Shown here one piece after another: positions 42,737 to 52,471 of a stretch of 64,000 nt of DNA. Positions within the stretch are counted from its first letter, which is position 1, and every line of letters starts with the position of its first letter. The stretch lies in assembly GCA_049692125.1 (NCBI GenBank), contig JBAVOO010000038.1, positions 5,588 to 69,587 of the forward strand, written 5' to 3'. This DNA comes from Verrucomicrobiia bacterium. Lineage in GTDB: Bacteria; Verrucomicrobiota; Verrucomicrobiia; Limisphaerales; UBA11358. The notes under the pieces are model-generated. The model was not told the origin of the DNA. It ran no database searches and saw only the letters and a program-made list of their open reading frames with translations. The position numbers and the translations under genes were made by a program.

Positions 42737-43678
42737 TCAACGGGAAAGCCGGTAGAAACGCTGCGGCTGGTTTGTTGTGGTGGTGTCGTCAAACTGAATC
42801 GTTCCTGCGCTGTCGGCTGTCGCCATTCCAATTGTCTGCCAGTTGGTCGTTGTCAAATCGGAACTGGCCTGCACCTGGTATTGCAAGTTCGTTCCGCCGA
42901 TGCCGGTCAAATGGAAAAGGCCATTTGTAAAATAACCGGAAAGAATTTCAAGCGGCACCGTGTTGAGTGTGGCGGTGACATGAATCAGCGGCTCGTTGCC
43001 GCGTCCGTAGCTGTAAGAATTGAACAAGTATGCAATCTGGCCGTCTGCCGCATAGAAAAGAAACGTCACGTCGCCGCCGCCCGACACGTCGGCCACGAGG
43101 TTTGTATTGAGCGGCAACGCGTAAGTGACCGGCACGTTGTTACCGGGCGGCACATAGGTGTTTGTGCAAAGGATTTCGTGCGCGCCGGACAGCAAGCCGG
43201 GAAGTGAATCGTAGGTGACTCCATCCGTTGTGGGCAGGTTCGGCGTTCCGGTTCCTTCCACCCAATCATCATTGGACAGCCATTCGATGACAAAATTACC
43301 ACCGTTGATCACGGGGAAGATCGCATTATTTGGCTGCACATTGCTCGTGCCATAGTTGCTGGTCAATTCGAGCGAAATGTTCGTGATTGTCCAGTTGCCC
43401 GCACCGTAGTTTGTGTTGAACAGGGCAACGGCATTCGAGAGGTTGAATTTGATGACGCTCTGGAATTCACCTTTCACCGACGCGGCCGGAGCGACGACCA
43501 GTGTGCCCGCTCCTCCAAAGTTTAACCCCGTCAAGTCGGCTCCTTCCGGGTTGTTCGGCGAACCGGTGGCAAGAAACGCGTCGGCGTAATCAGTGCCGAT
43601 ATAAGTGACCTGCGCCTTTGAGATCGAACCAAGGCACAGCAGCGTGATGGCAAAAACGATTGCTGGGCGGCGGCTCAT
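42737..43678 (-). CDS. Secreted protein, paralog of the next gene, with a C-terminal beta-sandwich-like tail (...RFYRLSR)
   Basis: Signal peptide. Long blocks are shared with 43675-44448 (DAFL..GSP...GAGTL.VAPA.S.KGEF.SVI.FN...YGAGNWTIT...QPNNAIF...W..EGTG). Confidence 0.7.
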   Translation of the reverse strand: MSRRPAIVFAITLLCLGSISKAQVTYIGTDYADAFLATGSPNNPEGADLTGLNFGGAGTLVVAPAASVKGEFQSVIKFNLSNAVALFNTNYGAGNWTITNISLELTSNYGTSNVQPNNAIFPVINGGNFVIEWLSNDDWVEGTGTPNLPTTDGVTYDSLPGLLSGAHEILCTNTYVPPGNNVPVTYALPLNTNLVADVSGGGDVTFLFYAADGQIAYLFNSYSYGRGNEPLIHVTATLNTVPLEILSGYFTNGLFHLTGIGGTNLQYQVQASSDLTTTNWQTIGMATADSAGTIQFDDTTTTNQPQRFYRLSR

Positions 43679-44448
43679 CTTTTTCTTTTCTGCCTGCGTG
43701 AAAATAGAAACCCGCCGAGCGATGCGGCCAGCAATGCTGCCGCGTTCGGTTCTGGAACCGGGGCTGCCGTGACCGTCAGTTCGGGGTGATTGGATGCAAA
43801 CTCTCTGGAATTGAACAGGTAACTGACCTGATTGTCTGCCGCGTAAAAATAAAGCGAAACGGCTCCTCCGGCAGCGGCGTCGGACACGAGGTTGGCGTCG
43901 AGTGACAGTGAATAATTGGCGTAAACGTTGTTGCCCGGAGGGGTGTAGGTATAAGTGCCCAGCGAGTCATAGCCGGGCGAGAGCAAGCTGGGGATTGAAT
44001 TGAAGCTCACGGCTCCGTTGGCCGCGCCGTTGCCGCCGCCCGTGCCCTCCACCCAACTGTCATTCGCCAGCCAATCAATGCCAAAGCTGCCAGCGTTGAT
44101 GGTGTTGAAGATGGCGTTGTTGGGTTGCGCGCCTTGGGTGCCGAAGTTGCTGGCCAGCGATAACGTCAAACCGGTGATGGTCCAATTTCCTGCGCCGTAG
44201 GTCGTGTTGAACTGGCTGACCGCACTGGCGGTGTTAAACATGATCACGCTGTCAAATTCGCCTTTGGCTGAAGATGCCGGAGCTATGGCGAGAGTGCCGG
44301 CACTGCCGAAATTCAGGGTGGGCGAAGCGCCCGAGAGAAACGCGTCGGCGGTGGTGGTATTGATGGTGAATGACGTGTCCGCCTTGCCGGCGAAGGGGAA
44401 GGCGAGAATTATGCCGCAGGTTGCGGCGATCAATGATTTATGTTTCAT
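43675..44448 (-). CDS. PEP-CTERM-anchored secreted protein (paralog of 42737-43678)
   Basis: Signal peptide. C-terminal VPEPNAAALLAASLGGFLFSRRQKRKR is a PEP-CTERM sorting signal. ATGA overlap with the downstream paralog. Confidence 0.8.
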   Translation of the reverse strand: MKHKSLIAATCGIILAFPFAGKADTSFTINTTTADAFLSGASPTLNFGSAGTLAIAPASSAKGEFDSVIMFNTASAVSQFNTTYGAGNWTITGLTLSLASNFGTQGAQPNNAIFNTINAGSFGIDWLANDSWVEGTGGGNGAANGAVSFNSIPSLLSPGYDSLGTYTYTPPGNNVYANYSLSLDANLVSDAAAGGAVSLYFYAADNQVSYLFNSREFASNHPELTVTAAPVPEPNAAALLAASLGGFLFSRRQKRKR

Positions 44449-44479
44449 GGTGTTTGATTTTGTTGTTGGTTTTAGGGTT

Positions 44480-45328
44480 TCATTCGTGAAGGGTTGCTAT
44501 CGGGAAAAAGAGCGGCCCCGGCCCATTGGTCTGGCAGCCAAATTCGAGCAGAAAATTCTGCACCTGGTCGGAAAGCAGGAAGTCGGACAACGCCCGTGCT
44601 CCGGCGTAATTGGCCTGCGGGAACTTCTTGGGATTGGTTTCCATGACGATGAACGGACGCCGCATGACCGGGTCGCCTTTGACCAGAATTCCCATCCCCT
44701 CCGCAGGCATCCTGCCCGTCTGTGCCGGAATGTAACCGACCACCACGTAGGCGTTGTTGGTGCGCGCAAATTGCAGGATGTTCCACTTGGAAATCGTGTC
44801 GTCCTTGAGAACCCAATCGCCTTTGGGTTCGGTGTCCGCGAGCCGCCACAAGGTATGCACCAGTTCGCGGCTGCCGATGCCTTGAAAATCCACGAAGCGC
44901 GCCTTGGCCTCGGCGATTTTGCGAAGCGCGGCAGCGCCGTTGGTCATGCCCCGGATATGTGCCGGGTCGTCCGGCGGGCCGACAATGCATAATTCATTGC
45001 GGGTCCACGGCCGCATATTGACGCCAAATCCGTCGGCGGCGAGATCGGTGGTGATGTCGCCCGAATGCATCGTGAGCAAATCCACTTTTCCCGCGCGCAT
45101 GGCGGCATCCAGGATGGGCCGCGGGCCGGTCGCCACGACTTCAACCCGATAACCGGTTTGCGCCTCAAACATTCTGGCAATCTCCGGCCACAAACCGGTC
45201 ATGGTCATGCCGCCGATAACCGCACAGCGAACGACATGATTATCAGCCGCCGGTTCAACCTTGCGGCGGCATGAAGCTGCGAGCAGCAAAGAAAATAAAG
45301 CGAAGCAAATCAGGTTTTTATTTTTCAC
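44480..45328 (-). CDS. TupA-like periplasmic oxyanion (tungstate/molybdate-type) binding protein
   Basis: Lipoprotein-like N-terminus. NELCIVGPPDDPAHIRG and RRPFIVMETNPKKFPQANYAGARALSDFLLS parallel TupA blocks as I recall them (NDFVIVGP..DPAGI.G; NPY.VI.VNP.K.P.VN). The TupA TTTS anion motif is replaced by GGMTMTG. Confidence 0.7.
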   Translation of the reverse strand: MKNKNLICFALFSLLLAASCRRKVEPAADNHVVRCAVIGGMTMTGLWPEIARMFEAQTGYRVEVVATGPRPILDAAMRAGKVDLLTMHSGDITTDLAADGFGVNMRPWTRNELCIVGPPDDPAHIRGMTNGAAALRKIAEAKARFVDFQGIGSRELVHTLWRLADTEPKGDWVLKDDTISKWNILQFARTNNAYVVVGYIPAQTGRMPAEGMGILVKGDPVMRRPFIVMETNPKKFPQANYAGARALSDFLLSDQVQNFLLEFGCQTNGPGPLFFPIATLHE

Positions 45329-45346
45329 AGGCGGTTTCTCTTTTCA

Positions 45347-46066
45347 TCAATAATTGTGGGCCGAGGCATCGCTGGCCGTGCCGGTGAGCCAGCGCACATC
45401 GGCAAGCCCCGGATCACCCACACCGCAGCCCACATACGAACCGGCAAAGGATTGCACCTGACCGGCAAGGAACAGCAAATTAATCCGGGCGGCATGGCGC
45501 GCGACGATGCTGTAAGGCTGGGCTGATGGATACGTTGAAGCGTAAGGGCCGGGAGCATCAGCCATCGCAACGACGCACGCCGGCAGCATCACATCACTGA
45601 ACTTTGTGGCCAGCGGCAGGTTCCACGGCGAAAGATTCATGTTCATTCCATAGGGCAAAAAATAAGTTCCGCCGGGATCATTGGCGGTCGGGCAAATGAA
45701 AATGGATTGGGTGTGGGCGGCGGGTTTCACATTGTTCGTGACCATTATTTGAAAAGCAAGGAGGCCAAAATACACGGGCAATGCGTTGAACCAATCATCG
45801 GGCCGGTTGATCTGAGCAAGCACTTGCACGCCTTGACCGCGCCTCGGCAGATAATCATTGTTGTCGTCGGCATACATCCCGTAAGCCAGTCCCCACTGAC
45901 ACAGGTTGCCAACACACTGGGTGGAACCCGCCTTTTCCCTGGCTTTCGCCAACGCCGGCAAAAGCATTGCGGCAAGAATGGCGATGATGGCGATGACCGC
46001 CAGCAGTTCGATGAGCGTGAACGCACGTCGGCGGGCAACTGGTTTTGGGACACACTTGTTTTTCAC
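45347..46066 (-). CDS. Prepilin-type N-terminal cleavage/methylation domain protein (DUF1559/H-X9-DG-like)
   Basis: [32 protein letters not shown]... is typical of the large PVC-clade family. Confidence 0.8.
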   Translation of the reverse strand: MKNKCVPKPVARRRAFTLIELLAVIAIIAILAAMLLPALAKAREKAGSTQCVGNLCQWGLAYGMYADDNNDYLPRRGQGVQVLAQINRPDDWFNALPVYFGLLAFQIMVTNNVKPAAHTQSIFICPTANDPGGTYFLPYGMNMNLSPWNLPLATKFSDVMLPACVVAMADAPGPYASTYPSAQPYSIVARHAARINLLFLAGQVQSFAGSYVGCGVGDPGLADVRWLTGTASDASAHNY

Positions 46067-46087
46067 CCGGCGCGAATTACACCAGAT

Positions 46088-46113
46088 GCGTTATATTTTG
46101 TCAAATATAACGC
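46088..46113. promoter_or_regulatory. Candidate ModE operator: perfect inverted repeat GCGTTATAT-N8-ATATAACGC
   Basis: 9-bp perfect arms, AT-rich TATAT-type half sites. It lies between the modE-like gene and the first gene of the downstream Mo-related operon. Confidence 0.6.
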
Positions 46114-46145
46114 TTTGATTGTGCCTGGGGCAGGCCGGGGCAAGG

Positions 46146-46517
46146 TTATGACTTGAGGTGCGACTGCATTTTGTTCCAGGTCGCCCTTGTTGCCTTTGCG
46201 GCCTTTGCCTCCATTTGCCGGTAAAGCGCTAGCATTCGGCGTCCCGATTCCGTCAATTTGGCGCCGCCGCCGCCTTCACCGCCGTGCGCGGCGAGGACGA
46301 GCGGTTGCTTGAAGCAGCGGTTCATCGTCTGGACGAGCGACCACGCGCGCATGTAGGACATGTCCATCCGTTTTGCCGCCTGGTTGATGGAGCCGGTCTG
46401 CCCGATCAGTGCGAGCAACTCCGCCTTGCCGGGCCCCAGCGCGATGTCGCCGCCACAAACAAGGCGGAAGCGGGGTTGCACCGAACGGGTGCGGATTGAT
46501 TTTGCTTTTTTCCTCAT
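46146..46517 (-). CDS. ModE N-terminal-domain-type winged-helix regulator (no Mop domains)
   Basis: ALGPGKAELLALIGQTGSINQAAKRMDMSYMRAWSLVQTMN...GGGGAKLTESGRRML matches the ModE DNA-binding domain. It is only about 123 aa from ATG 46517. Confidence 0.75.
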   Translation of the reverse strand: MRKKAKSIRTRSVQPRFRLVCGGDIALGPGKAELLALIGQTGSINQAAKRMDMSYMRAWSLVQTMNRCFKQPLVLAAHGGEGGGGAKLTESGRRMLALYRQMEAKAAKATRATWNKMQSHLKS

Positions 46518-46907
46518 GGGCAACGCCGGCAAATTAGAACGGCCATAAATTCCCCGGTTTGCGTCGCGATTGCAAGAATTCAAATGCCGGCAGCTTTTGA
46601 CTGCCGGAACGAACCATTTTCACCTGCATTTGTTGAAACTTTCCCGGAAATAAATGTTGTGGCATCGGTCGCCATTGGCTGGCCGCGATTAAATATTATA
46701 AAAAACAAAACTTGGAGGCGTCAGTTTGCCCCCATTGGGTAAAAGCGCGCCACCTCATCATCCACCTCCACTGCTACGACGAGTCAACCCCTGATCTTCA
46801 AATAACAGATGGGATCAAATCGCGCCCCTTATCCAAGGGAGAAGGTCAGGATGAGGGCGGGCCAAAAATCCATCTTTTTAGTTTTATCTCCATTTCCTAA
46901 ATTCGCG

Positions 46908-48020
46908 TCATGTCCTCTCCATTGCGGCAGTATATGCGCCACGGCGCGCGGCGCGGTTGCATTGGGCACGATGAAGCAGAGCTTGCTGTGCCGCTTTCAC
47001 GTTGGCCTCCTTGCCCTGCCAAATCTCCAAAGCCGGTTGCTGGATGGCGCGGGCAAACGAAAACGCCAGTGCCCAAGGCAATTTCGACTTGAATCGAAGA
47101 TTCATGGTATTCAAACGGGCCGAGGCCAGTTCAGCGGATTGGCCGCCGGACAAAAATGCAATCCCCGGAACCGCCGCGGGGACGGTTCGCCATAGACTCT
47201 TCACCGTGATGTTGGCCACCTCGTCCACATCTTCCATCTCTTCCGGCTGGCGGTCGGTCAATCGCACTTGAAACTGTTGTTCACCGATGGCCGCTTCTTC
47301 CACTTCTTGATGCGGGGGACAGGTGAAGCCCGGCAGCACCATGTTGGGTTTGAGAATCATGCCTTCCAGCATCACGCGCTGTGAATTCAGTTGGTTGAAA
47401 ACGGTTCGCAGGACTTCCTCCGTCACCGCGCGGCACCGCTCCAGGGTATGGTCGCCGTCCATGAGCACTTCCGGCTCGACAACGGGAACCATGCCGGCTT
47501 CCTGGCACAACGCGGCGTAGCGCGCCAGCGCGTGCGCGTTGGCCTCGATGCAACTGCGGCTGGGAATGCCAACCCCGATGGCAATCACCGCGCGCCACTT
47601 GGCAAAACGCGCGCCCATCTGAAAATATTCCTTGAGGCGTTCACGCAATCCGTCCAGACCTTCGGTGATTTTTTCGCCGGGATGAGCCGCCAGGTCCTTG
47701 GCTCCGGTATCTACTTTGATGCCGGGAATGATTCCCGCATCGGTTAGGACTTTGAGAAACGGTGTGCCGTCCTTCTTCTGCTGTCGAATCGTTTCGTCGT
47801 AAAGAATCGCGCCACTGATGCACTCGCCGAGACTGGGTGTGGTCACGATTAACTCCCGATACGCGCGCCGGGCCTCCACCGTTTGCGGGATGTCCAGCTT
47901 CGCGAAGCGTTTGTTGCAGGTGGGATTGCTTTCATCCATCGCCAACAATCCCTTGTCGTCGGCGACCAGCGCCCTCACGTTGTCTATCAACGTTTGCGTG
48001 ATCATTTCGGATTGCTCCAT
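46908..48020 (-). CDS. fba: Class I fructose-bisphosphate aldolase
   Basis: [22 protein letters not shown] (Schiff-base Lys region) and FLSGGQS. An alternative ATG at 48005 would give an ATGA overlap with the xfp stop. Confidence 0.9.
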   Translation of the reverse strand: MEQSEMITQTLIDNVRALVADDKGLLAMDESNPTCNKRFAKLDIPQTVEARRAYRELIVTTPSLGECISGAILYDETIRQQKKDGTPFLKVLTDAGIIPGIKVDTGAKDLAAHPGEKITEGLDGLRERLKEYFQMGARFAKWRAVIAIGVGIPSRSCIEANAHALARYAALCQEAGMVPVVEPEVLMDGDHTLERCRAVTEEVLRTVFNQLNSQRVMLEGMILKPNMVLPGFTCPPHQEVEEAAIGEQQFQVRLTDRQPEEMEDVDEVANITVKSLWRTVPAAVPGIAFLSGGQSAELASARLNTMNLRFKSKLPWALAFSFARAIQQPALEIWQGKEANVKAAQQALLHRAQCNRAARRGAYTAAMERT

Positions 48021-50371
48021 TTCCAGTTGCGGATTTCCGGCAGGTCCTCGCCGTTTTTATCAATGTATTGCTTGTGTTCGATCAGCTTGTCCTTGAGTTG
48101 CTGCTTCAAGTAGATGCCCTTGTCGCCGGTCTGCGGCAGGCGATCAATCGTGTCCATCACGAGGTGGAAGCGGTCCAGTTCGTTCAGCACCGTCATGTCG
48201 AAGGGCGTGGTGATGGTGCCCTCTTCCTTGTAGCCGCGGACGTGAATGTTGTCGTGGTTGGTGCGGCGGTAAGTCAGCCGGTGGATCAACCACGGGTAAG
48301 CATGGTAGGCGAAGATGACCGGCTTGTCCCTGGTGAAGAGCTCGTCGAAATCCATGTCGCTCAATCCGTGCGGGTGCTCGGTTGGCGGCTCCAGCTTCAT
48401 GAGGTCAACGACGTTGACCACCCGGATTTTCAGGTCGGGCAGATGTTCGCGCATGATGGATACGGCAGCCAGCGTCTCCAACGTGGGCACGTCGCCACAA
48501 CAGGCCATGACCACGTCGGGCGCAGCGCCCTGGTCGTTGCTGGCCCATTGCCAGATGCCGATGCCTTCGGTGCAATGCTTGACGGCGGCGTCCATCGTCA
48601 GCCACTGCGGCGCCGGGTGTTTGCCCGCGATCACGACGTTGACGTAATGGCGGCTGCGCAGGCAGTGGTCCATCACCGACAGCAGGCAGTTCGCATCCGG
48701 CGGCAGGTAAACCCGCACAATCTCGGCCTTCTTGTTCACGACATGGTCAATGAAACCGGGATCCTGGTGGGTGAAACCGTTGTGGTCCTGGCGCCAGACA
48801 TGCGAAGCCAGCAGGTAGTTTAACGAGGCGATCTTCCGCCGCCACGGCAGGTGCGCCGTGACCTTCAGCCACTTGGCATGCTGGTTGAACATCGAATCCA
48901 CAATGTGGATGAACGCCTCGTAGCAATTGAAGAGGCCATGCCGCCCGGTGAGCAGATAACCTTCCAACCAGCCTTCGGATTGATGTTCGCTCAACATTTC
49001 CATCACGCGCCCGGCGGGCGCGAGAAATTCGTCGTTCGGCACGGTCGCGGCATCCCATTGGCGTTTGGTCACTTCAAACAGCGCCTCCAAACCGTTGGAG
49101 AGCGTCTCGTCCGGGCCGAAGACGCGGAAATTCCGCTGCTCACTGTTCAACTTCGCCACATCGCGCAGGAAAGGCCCGAGCACATGCGTGTCGCCGATGC
49201 CGCGTATCCCCGGCGTGGGCACGGCTTCCGCGTAGTCGCGGAAATCCGGCATCCGAAGGTCGCGGAGCAGCATGCCGCCGTTGGCGTGGGGATTTGCACC
49301 CATGCGTCGTTTTCCTTTGGGCGCAAGCTCGGCCAGTTCCGGTTTCAATCGGCCTTGCTCATCGAAAAGTTCCTCTGGCCGGTAGCTCCTCAGCCAGTCT
49401 TCCAACAACTTGAGGTGTTCGGGATGGGTGGCCGGGTCGGAGAGCGGCACCTGGTGCGCCCGGAAGGTGCCTTCAACCTGCAGGCCATCAACGACTTTCG
49501 GCCCCGTCCAGCCCTTGGGTGAATTGAGGACGATCATCGGCCAGCGCGGACGCGTGAGATCACCGTGGGCGCGGGCCTTCTCCTGGATTTTTTTTATCTG
49601 CTCCACCGCGGTGTCAAGCGCGGTGGCCATGGCTTCATGCATCAGCACTGGCTCGTGACCCTCGACGAAGATGGGCGTCCATCCGTAGCCGCGGAGCAAC
49701 TGTTCCAATTCCTCGCGGGTGATGCGGGCGAGGACGGTCGGGTTGGAAATCTTGTAACCGTTCAAGTGCAGGATCGGCAGCACTGCGCCGTCGGTGGCCG
49801 GATTGAGAAACTTGTTGGAATGCCACGCCGTGGCCAGCGGTCCGGTTTCCGCCTCACCGTCGCCAACGACGCAGGCGACGACGAGATCAGGATTGTCGAA
49901 CACTGCCCCGAACGAATGGCTGAGCGAATAGCCCAGCTCGCCACCCTCATGGATCGAGCCCGGGCACTCCGGCGATGCGTGGCTGGGAATACCTCCGGGA
50001 AACGAAAACTGGATAAAGAGCTTCCGCAGCCCGGCCTCATCCTGGCTGATGTTGGGATAGATCTCACTATAAGTGCCCTCGAGGTAAGTGTTGCCCACGA
50101 CGGCCGGGCCGCCATGCCCGGGGCCGGAGACGTAAATCATGTTCAGGTCGTATTTCTTGATGACCCGGTTCAGATGCACGTAGATGAAGTTCTGTCCAGG
50201 CGTCGTGCCCCAGTGTCCCAGCAGCATGTGCTTCACGTCCGCGAGCGTGAGCGGCCGCTTCAACAGCGGATTGTCGTAAAGATAAATCTGGCCGACCGAC
50301 AGATAGTTGGCGGCGCGCCAGTAGGCATCCATCTGGTGGAGCAGTTCCGGCGTGAGTGTATTGGTTTTCAT
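48002..50371 (-). CDS. xfp: Xylulose-5-phosphate/fructose-6-phosphate phosphoketolase
   Basis: 789 aa. [37 protein letters not shown] and GDGEAETGP are phosphoketolase signatures. Confidence 0.95.
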   Translation of the reverse strand: MKTNTLTPELLHQMDAYWRAANYLSVGQIYLYDNPLLKRPLTLADVKHMLLGHWGTTPGQNFIYVHLNRVIKKYDLNMIYVSGPGHGGPAVVGNTYLEGTYSEIYPNISQDEAGLRKLFIQFSFPGGIPSHASPECPGSIHEGGELGYSLSHSFGAVFDNPDLVVACVVGDGEAETGPLATAWHSNKFLNPATDGAVLPILHLNGYKISNPTVLARITREELEQLLRGYGWTPIFVEGHEPVLMHEAMATALDTAVEQIKKIQEKARAHGDLTRPRWPMIVLNSPKGWTGPKVVDGLQVEGTFRAHQVPLSDPATHPEHLKLLEDWLRSYRPEELFDEQGRLKPELAELAPKGKRRMGANPHANGGMLLRDLRMPDFRDYAEAVPTPGIRGIGDTHVLGPFLRDVAKLNSEQRNFRVFGPDETLSNGLEALFEVTKRQWDAATVPNDEFLAPAGRVMEMLSEHQSEGWLEGYLLTGRHGLFNCYEAFIHIVDSMFNQHAKWLKVTAHLPWRRKIASLNYLLASHVWRQDHNGFTHQDPGFIDHVVNKKAEIVRVYLPPDANCLLSVMDHCLRSRHYVNVVIAGKHPAPQWLTMDAAVKHCTEGIGIWQWASNDQGAAPDVVMACCGDVPTLETLAAVSIMREHLPDLKIRVVNVVDLMKLEPPTEHPHGLSDMDFDELFTRDKPVIFAYHAYPWLIHRLTYRRTNHDNIHVRGYKEEGTITTPFDMTVLNELDRFHLVMDTIDRLPQTGDKGIYLKQQLKDKLIEHKQYIDKNGEDLPEIRNWKWSNPK

Positions 50372-50374
50372 GAT

Positions 50375-51583
50375 TCAATCCTTTTTGTTCACCGCGCCGG
50401 CTCCGAGAATGCGACATACCGAGCGCGCAATCATCAGTTCTTCGTCCGTGCGAATCACGCGAGCCGTGACCCGGCTGGCGTCCGTGGAAATCACCCCCGC
50501 AGTCTCCGCATTGCGTGACTCATTCAGTTCAATGCCGAGGAAGCCCAGTCCATCACAGATGCGTGCGCGGACGAGCGGCGCATTTTCGCCGATGCCTCCG
50601 GCGAAGACGAGCGTGTCCAGTCCGCCGAGCGCGGCGGCAAAGGAGCCGATCCACTTTTTCGCCTGATAACAAAACAGCGCCACGGCTTCCGCCGCCCGAA
50701 CGTCAGCGGCTTCCCGCGTGAGCAGGTCGCGCATGTCGGAGCTGGTTTCCGAAACGCCGAGCAGTCCCGACTTGTGGTTCACCATTTCGTAAAATTGTTT
50801 GGTGGTCATCTGCTCGGTTCTTGCCAGATACGGCGCCAGGCCGGGATCCAGATCGCCGGAGCGGGTGCTCATCACCAATCCCGCCGTCGGCGTGAAGCCC
50901 ATGCTGGTGTCGATGCTTTTGCCGTCGCGAACGGCAGCCAGACTCGCGCCGTTGCCGAGATGCGCAAGAATCACGCGGCCAGTCGTTGTTGCCGGGTCGC
51001 CAAGCCGCGCGAGCTCTTCCATCAGATAAGCATAGGACAAACCATGGAAACCGTAGCGTTGAATTCCCTTGGCGTCGAAGCGTCGCGGAATCGGAAAGAG
51101 CTTGGCCACGCGCGGCATGGTTTGGTGAAACGCCGTGTCGAAACAGGCCACCTGGGGCAGTTTCGGATGACGCCGGCGGAACGCCTCAATCAGTTCGATC
51201 TCGCGGGGCAGATGATCCGGGTCGTATGGCCTGATACGATGCAGTTCATCCAACAAGTCCTGGGTGACAATCTCAGGCTCGGTGTGTTTCATCCCATGGA
51301 CCACGCGGTGTCCGACAGCCCGGACCGATTCGAAACCATTCTGTTTTTCCAGCCAATCAATCAAGGAATTCGCTGCCGATTTGTGGTCGGCGGCGGCGAG
51401 GCTGAGGCTCCCCTGCCCTTTCCCGGTCGGGTCATTGAAGGTCAGATTTGTCCCGCTCAGTCCGATGCGGTCAACCTTTCCATAAAGCCCTCGCTTCAGC
51501 GGTTCGCCAACTTGATAGAGCGCGAACTTGATGCTCGACGAGCCGCCGTTGATGGTCAGGATGTGTGGGTTAGCGGGTTTCAT
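50375..51583 (-). CDS. ackA: Acetate kinase
   Basis: ILTINGGSSSIKFALY, VGHRVVHG, AHLGNGAS and FAGGIGEN. Confidence 0.95.
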   Translation of the reverse strand: MKPANPHILTINGGSSSIKFALYQVGEPLKRGLYGKVDRIGLSGTNLTFNDPTGKGQGSLSLAAADHKSAANSLIDWLEKQNGFESVRAVGHRVVHGMKHTEPEIVTQDLLDELHRIRPYDPDHLPREIELIEAFRRRHPKLPQVACFDTAFHQTMPRVAKLFPIPRRFDAKGIQRYGFHGLSYAYLMEELARLGDPATTTGRVILAHLGNGASLAAVRDGKSIDTSMGFTPTAGLVMSTRSGDLDPGLAPYLARTEQMTTKQFYEMVNHKSGLLGVSETSSDMRDLLTREAADVRAAEAVALFCYQAKKWIGSFAAALGGLDTLVFAGGIGENAPLVRARICDGLGFLGIELNESRNAETAGVISTDASRVTARVIRTDEELMIARSVCRILGAGAVNKKD

Positions 51584-52217
51584 GGATGACTCCTTCGTTA
51601 TTCTGCAATCCCAACGAAGCCAGTTTAGCGCACGTGGACCTGTAATCCGTGTGCAGAATGCTTCGAATCCCCAAACCTTCCGCGACCTGGACGAACATCG
51701 GGGTGTTTTCGATATAGACTACCTGCCGGGTTGGCGTCTGGGCGATGTCCAGCGCAAGCCGATAGATGTCCGCGTCGGGCTTGCGGACGTGGACGAAGCA
51801 GGAGGAAATAAAAGAATCCACAAACCCGTCCAGTTTGAACTTGCGAGTCCGATACGCATTCAGTTCGCGCCCTTCGTTGCTGACCACGGCGATCTTCAAT
51901 CCATGCTTTGCCTTGAGTTTGCGAACCAACTCGATCATCTGCGGATAAGGCTTGGACTGCGCAAACATGAAGCGCCGGAACTCCGCGCGGGTGAACGGTC
52001 GCTTTTGGTGGAAGACCACCCGACCCAAATATTCTTGCAGCGTGAGCTTACCCTCTTCGTAGGTGTCGAAGGTCAGGTGATGCCGATCCTCCATCTCGGC
52101 CCAGTCGAGCTTGAAATAATTCGCCGTCCGTTTCCGGGCATGATGATCCCACCCGTCGGTGAGCAGGACACCGCCAATGTCCAGGAACAATGTTGTGATC
52201 GGGATTGCTCTTTTCAT
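51570..52217 (-). CDS. HAD-superfamily hydrolase
   Basis: LFLDIGGVLLT (DxG variant of motif I), VSNEG and a C-terminal D-containing motif. 215 aa. Confidence 0.75.
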   Translation of the reverse strand: MKRAIPITTLFLDIGGVLLTDGWDHHARKRTANYFKLDWAEMEDRHHLTFDTYEEGKLTLQEYLGRVVFHQKRPFTRAEFRRFMFAQSKPYPQMIELVRKLKAKHGLKIAVVSNEGRELNAYRTRKFKLDGFVDSFISSCFVHVRKPDADIYRLALDIAQTPTRQVVYIENTPMFVQVAEGLGIRSILHTDYRSTCAKLASLGLQNNEGVIHETR

Positions 52218-52471
52218 GTGGCCGGTGGTTGGGAAGTCTGGAGAATCGGCTTCGTCATGGCCTGGTACATCATTTCCTCGCTGAGGAATGGTGAACCATG
52301 GAGTTCGTACCCGGCGTTTAATTTTTCGTTCACTTTCCGCGCCAGTTCGTCATGGGTTGCGGCATCGGCGTGAAAAGGCACCGCGATGATCATGTATTCG
52401 ATAAGAGTTTTCATGTTATCCGAGATGTAGTCACGCAATTCGCGTTGTGGTGTGTTTATCATCGTTGCCAT
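52214..52471 (-). CDS. Small conserved hypothetical protein (DUF1737-like)
   Basis: 85 aa. The block ELARKVNEKLNAGYELHGSPF resembles DUF1737. It has coupled overlaps with both neighbours. Confidence 0.5.
   Translation of the reverse strand: MATMINTPQRELRDYISDNMKTLIEYMIIAVPFHADAATHDELARKVNEKLNAGYELHGSPFLSEEMMYQAMTKPILQTSQPPAT

Noticed and set aside
46067-46145. Moco riboswitch upstream of the Mo-related operon and purine riboswitches upstream of the permease and xdh.
   Set aside because: The leaders are short (24-80 nt). I could not recognise the conserved riboswitch cores by eye. Only the ModE-type palindrome is supportable. A covariance-model scan would be needed to exclude them.
46584-46907. 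AT-rich spacer between fba and the modE-like gene, with the hairpin ccggcagcttttgactgccgg, considered as a terminator or small RNA.
   Set aside because: The hairpin has no convincing T-tract on the relevant strand, and it lies about 300 nt from the fba stop. The evidence is insufficient.
47210-47310. Possible repeat-derived insertion in the class I aldolase (segment [35 protein letters not shown]).
   Set aside because: The DNA shows no inverted termini and no similarity to the repeat families. Without an alignment I cannot tell an insertion from normal family variation.
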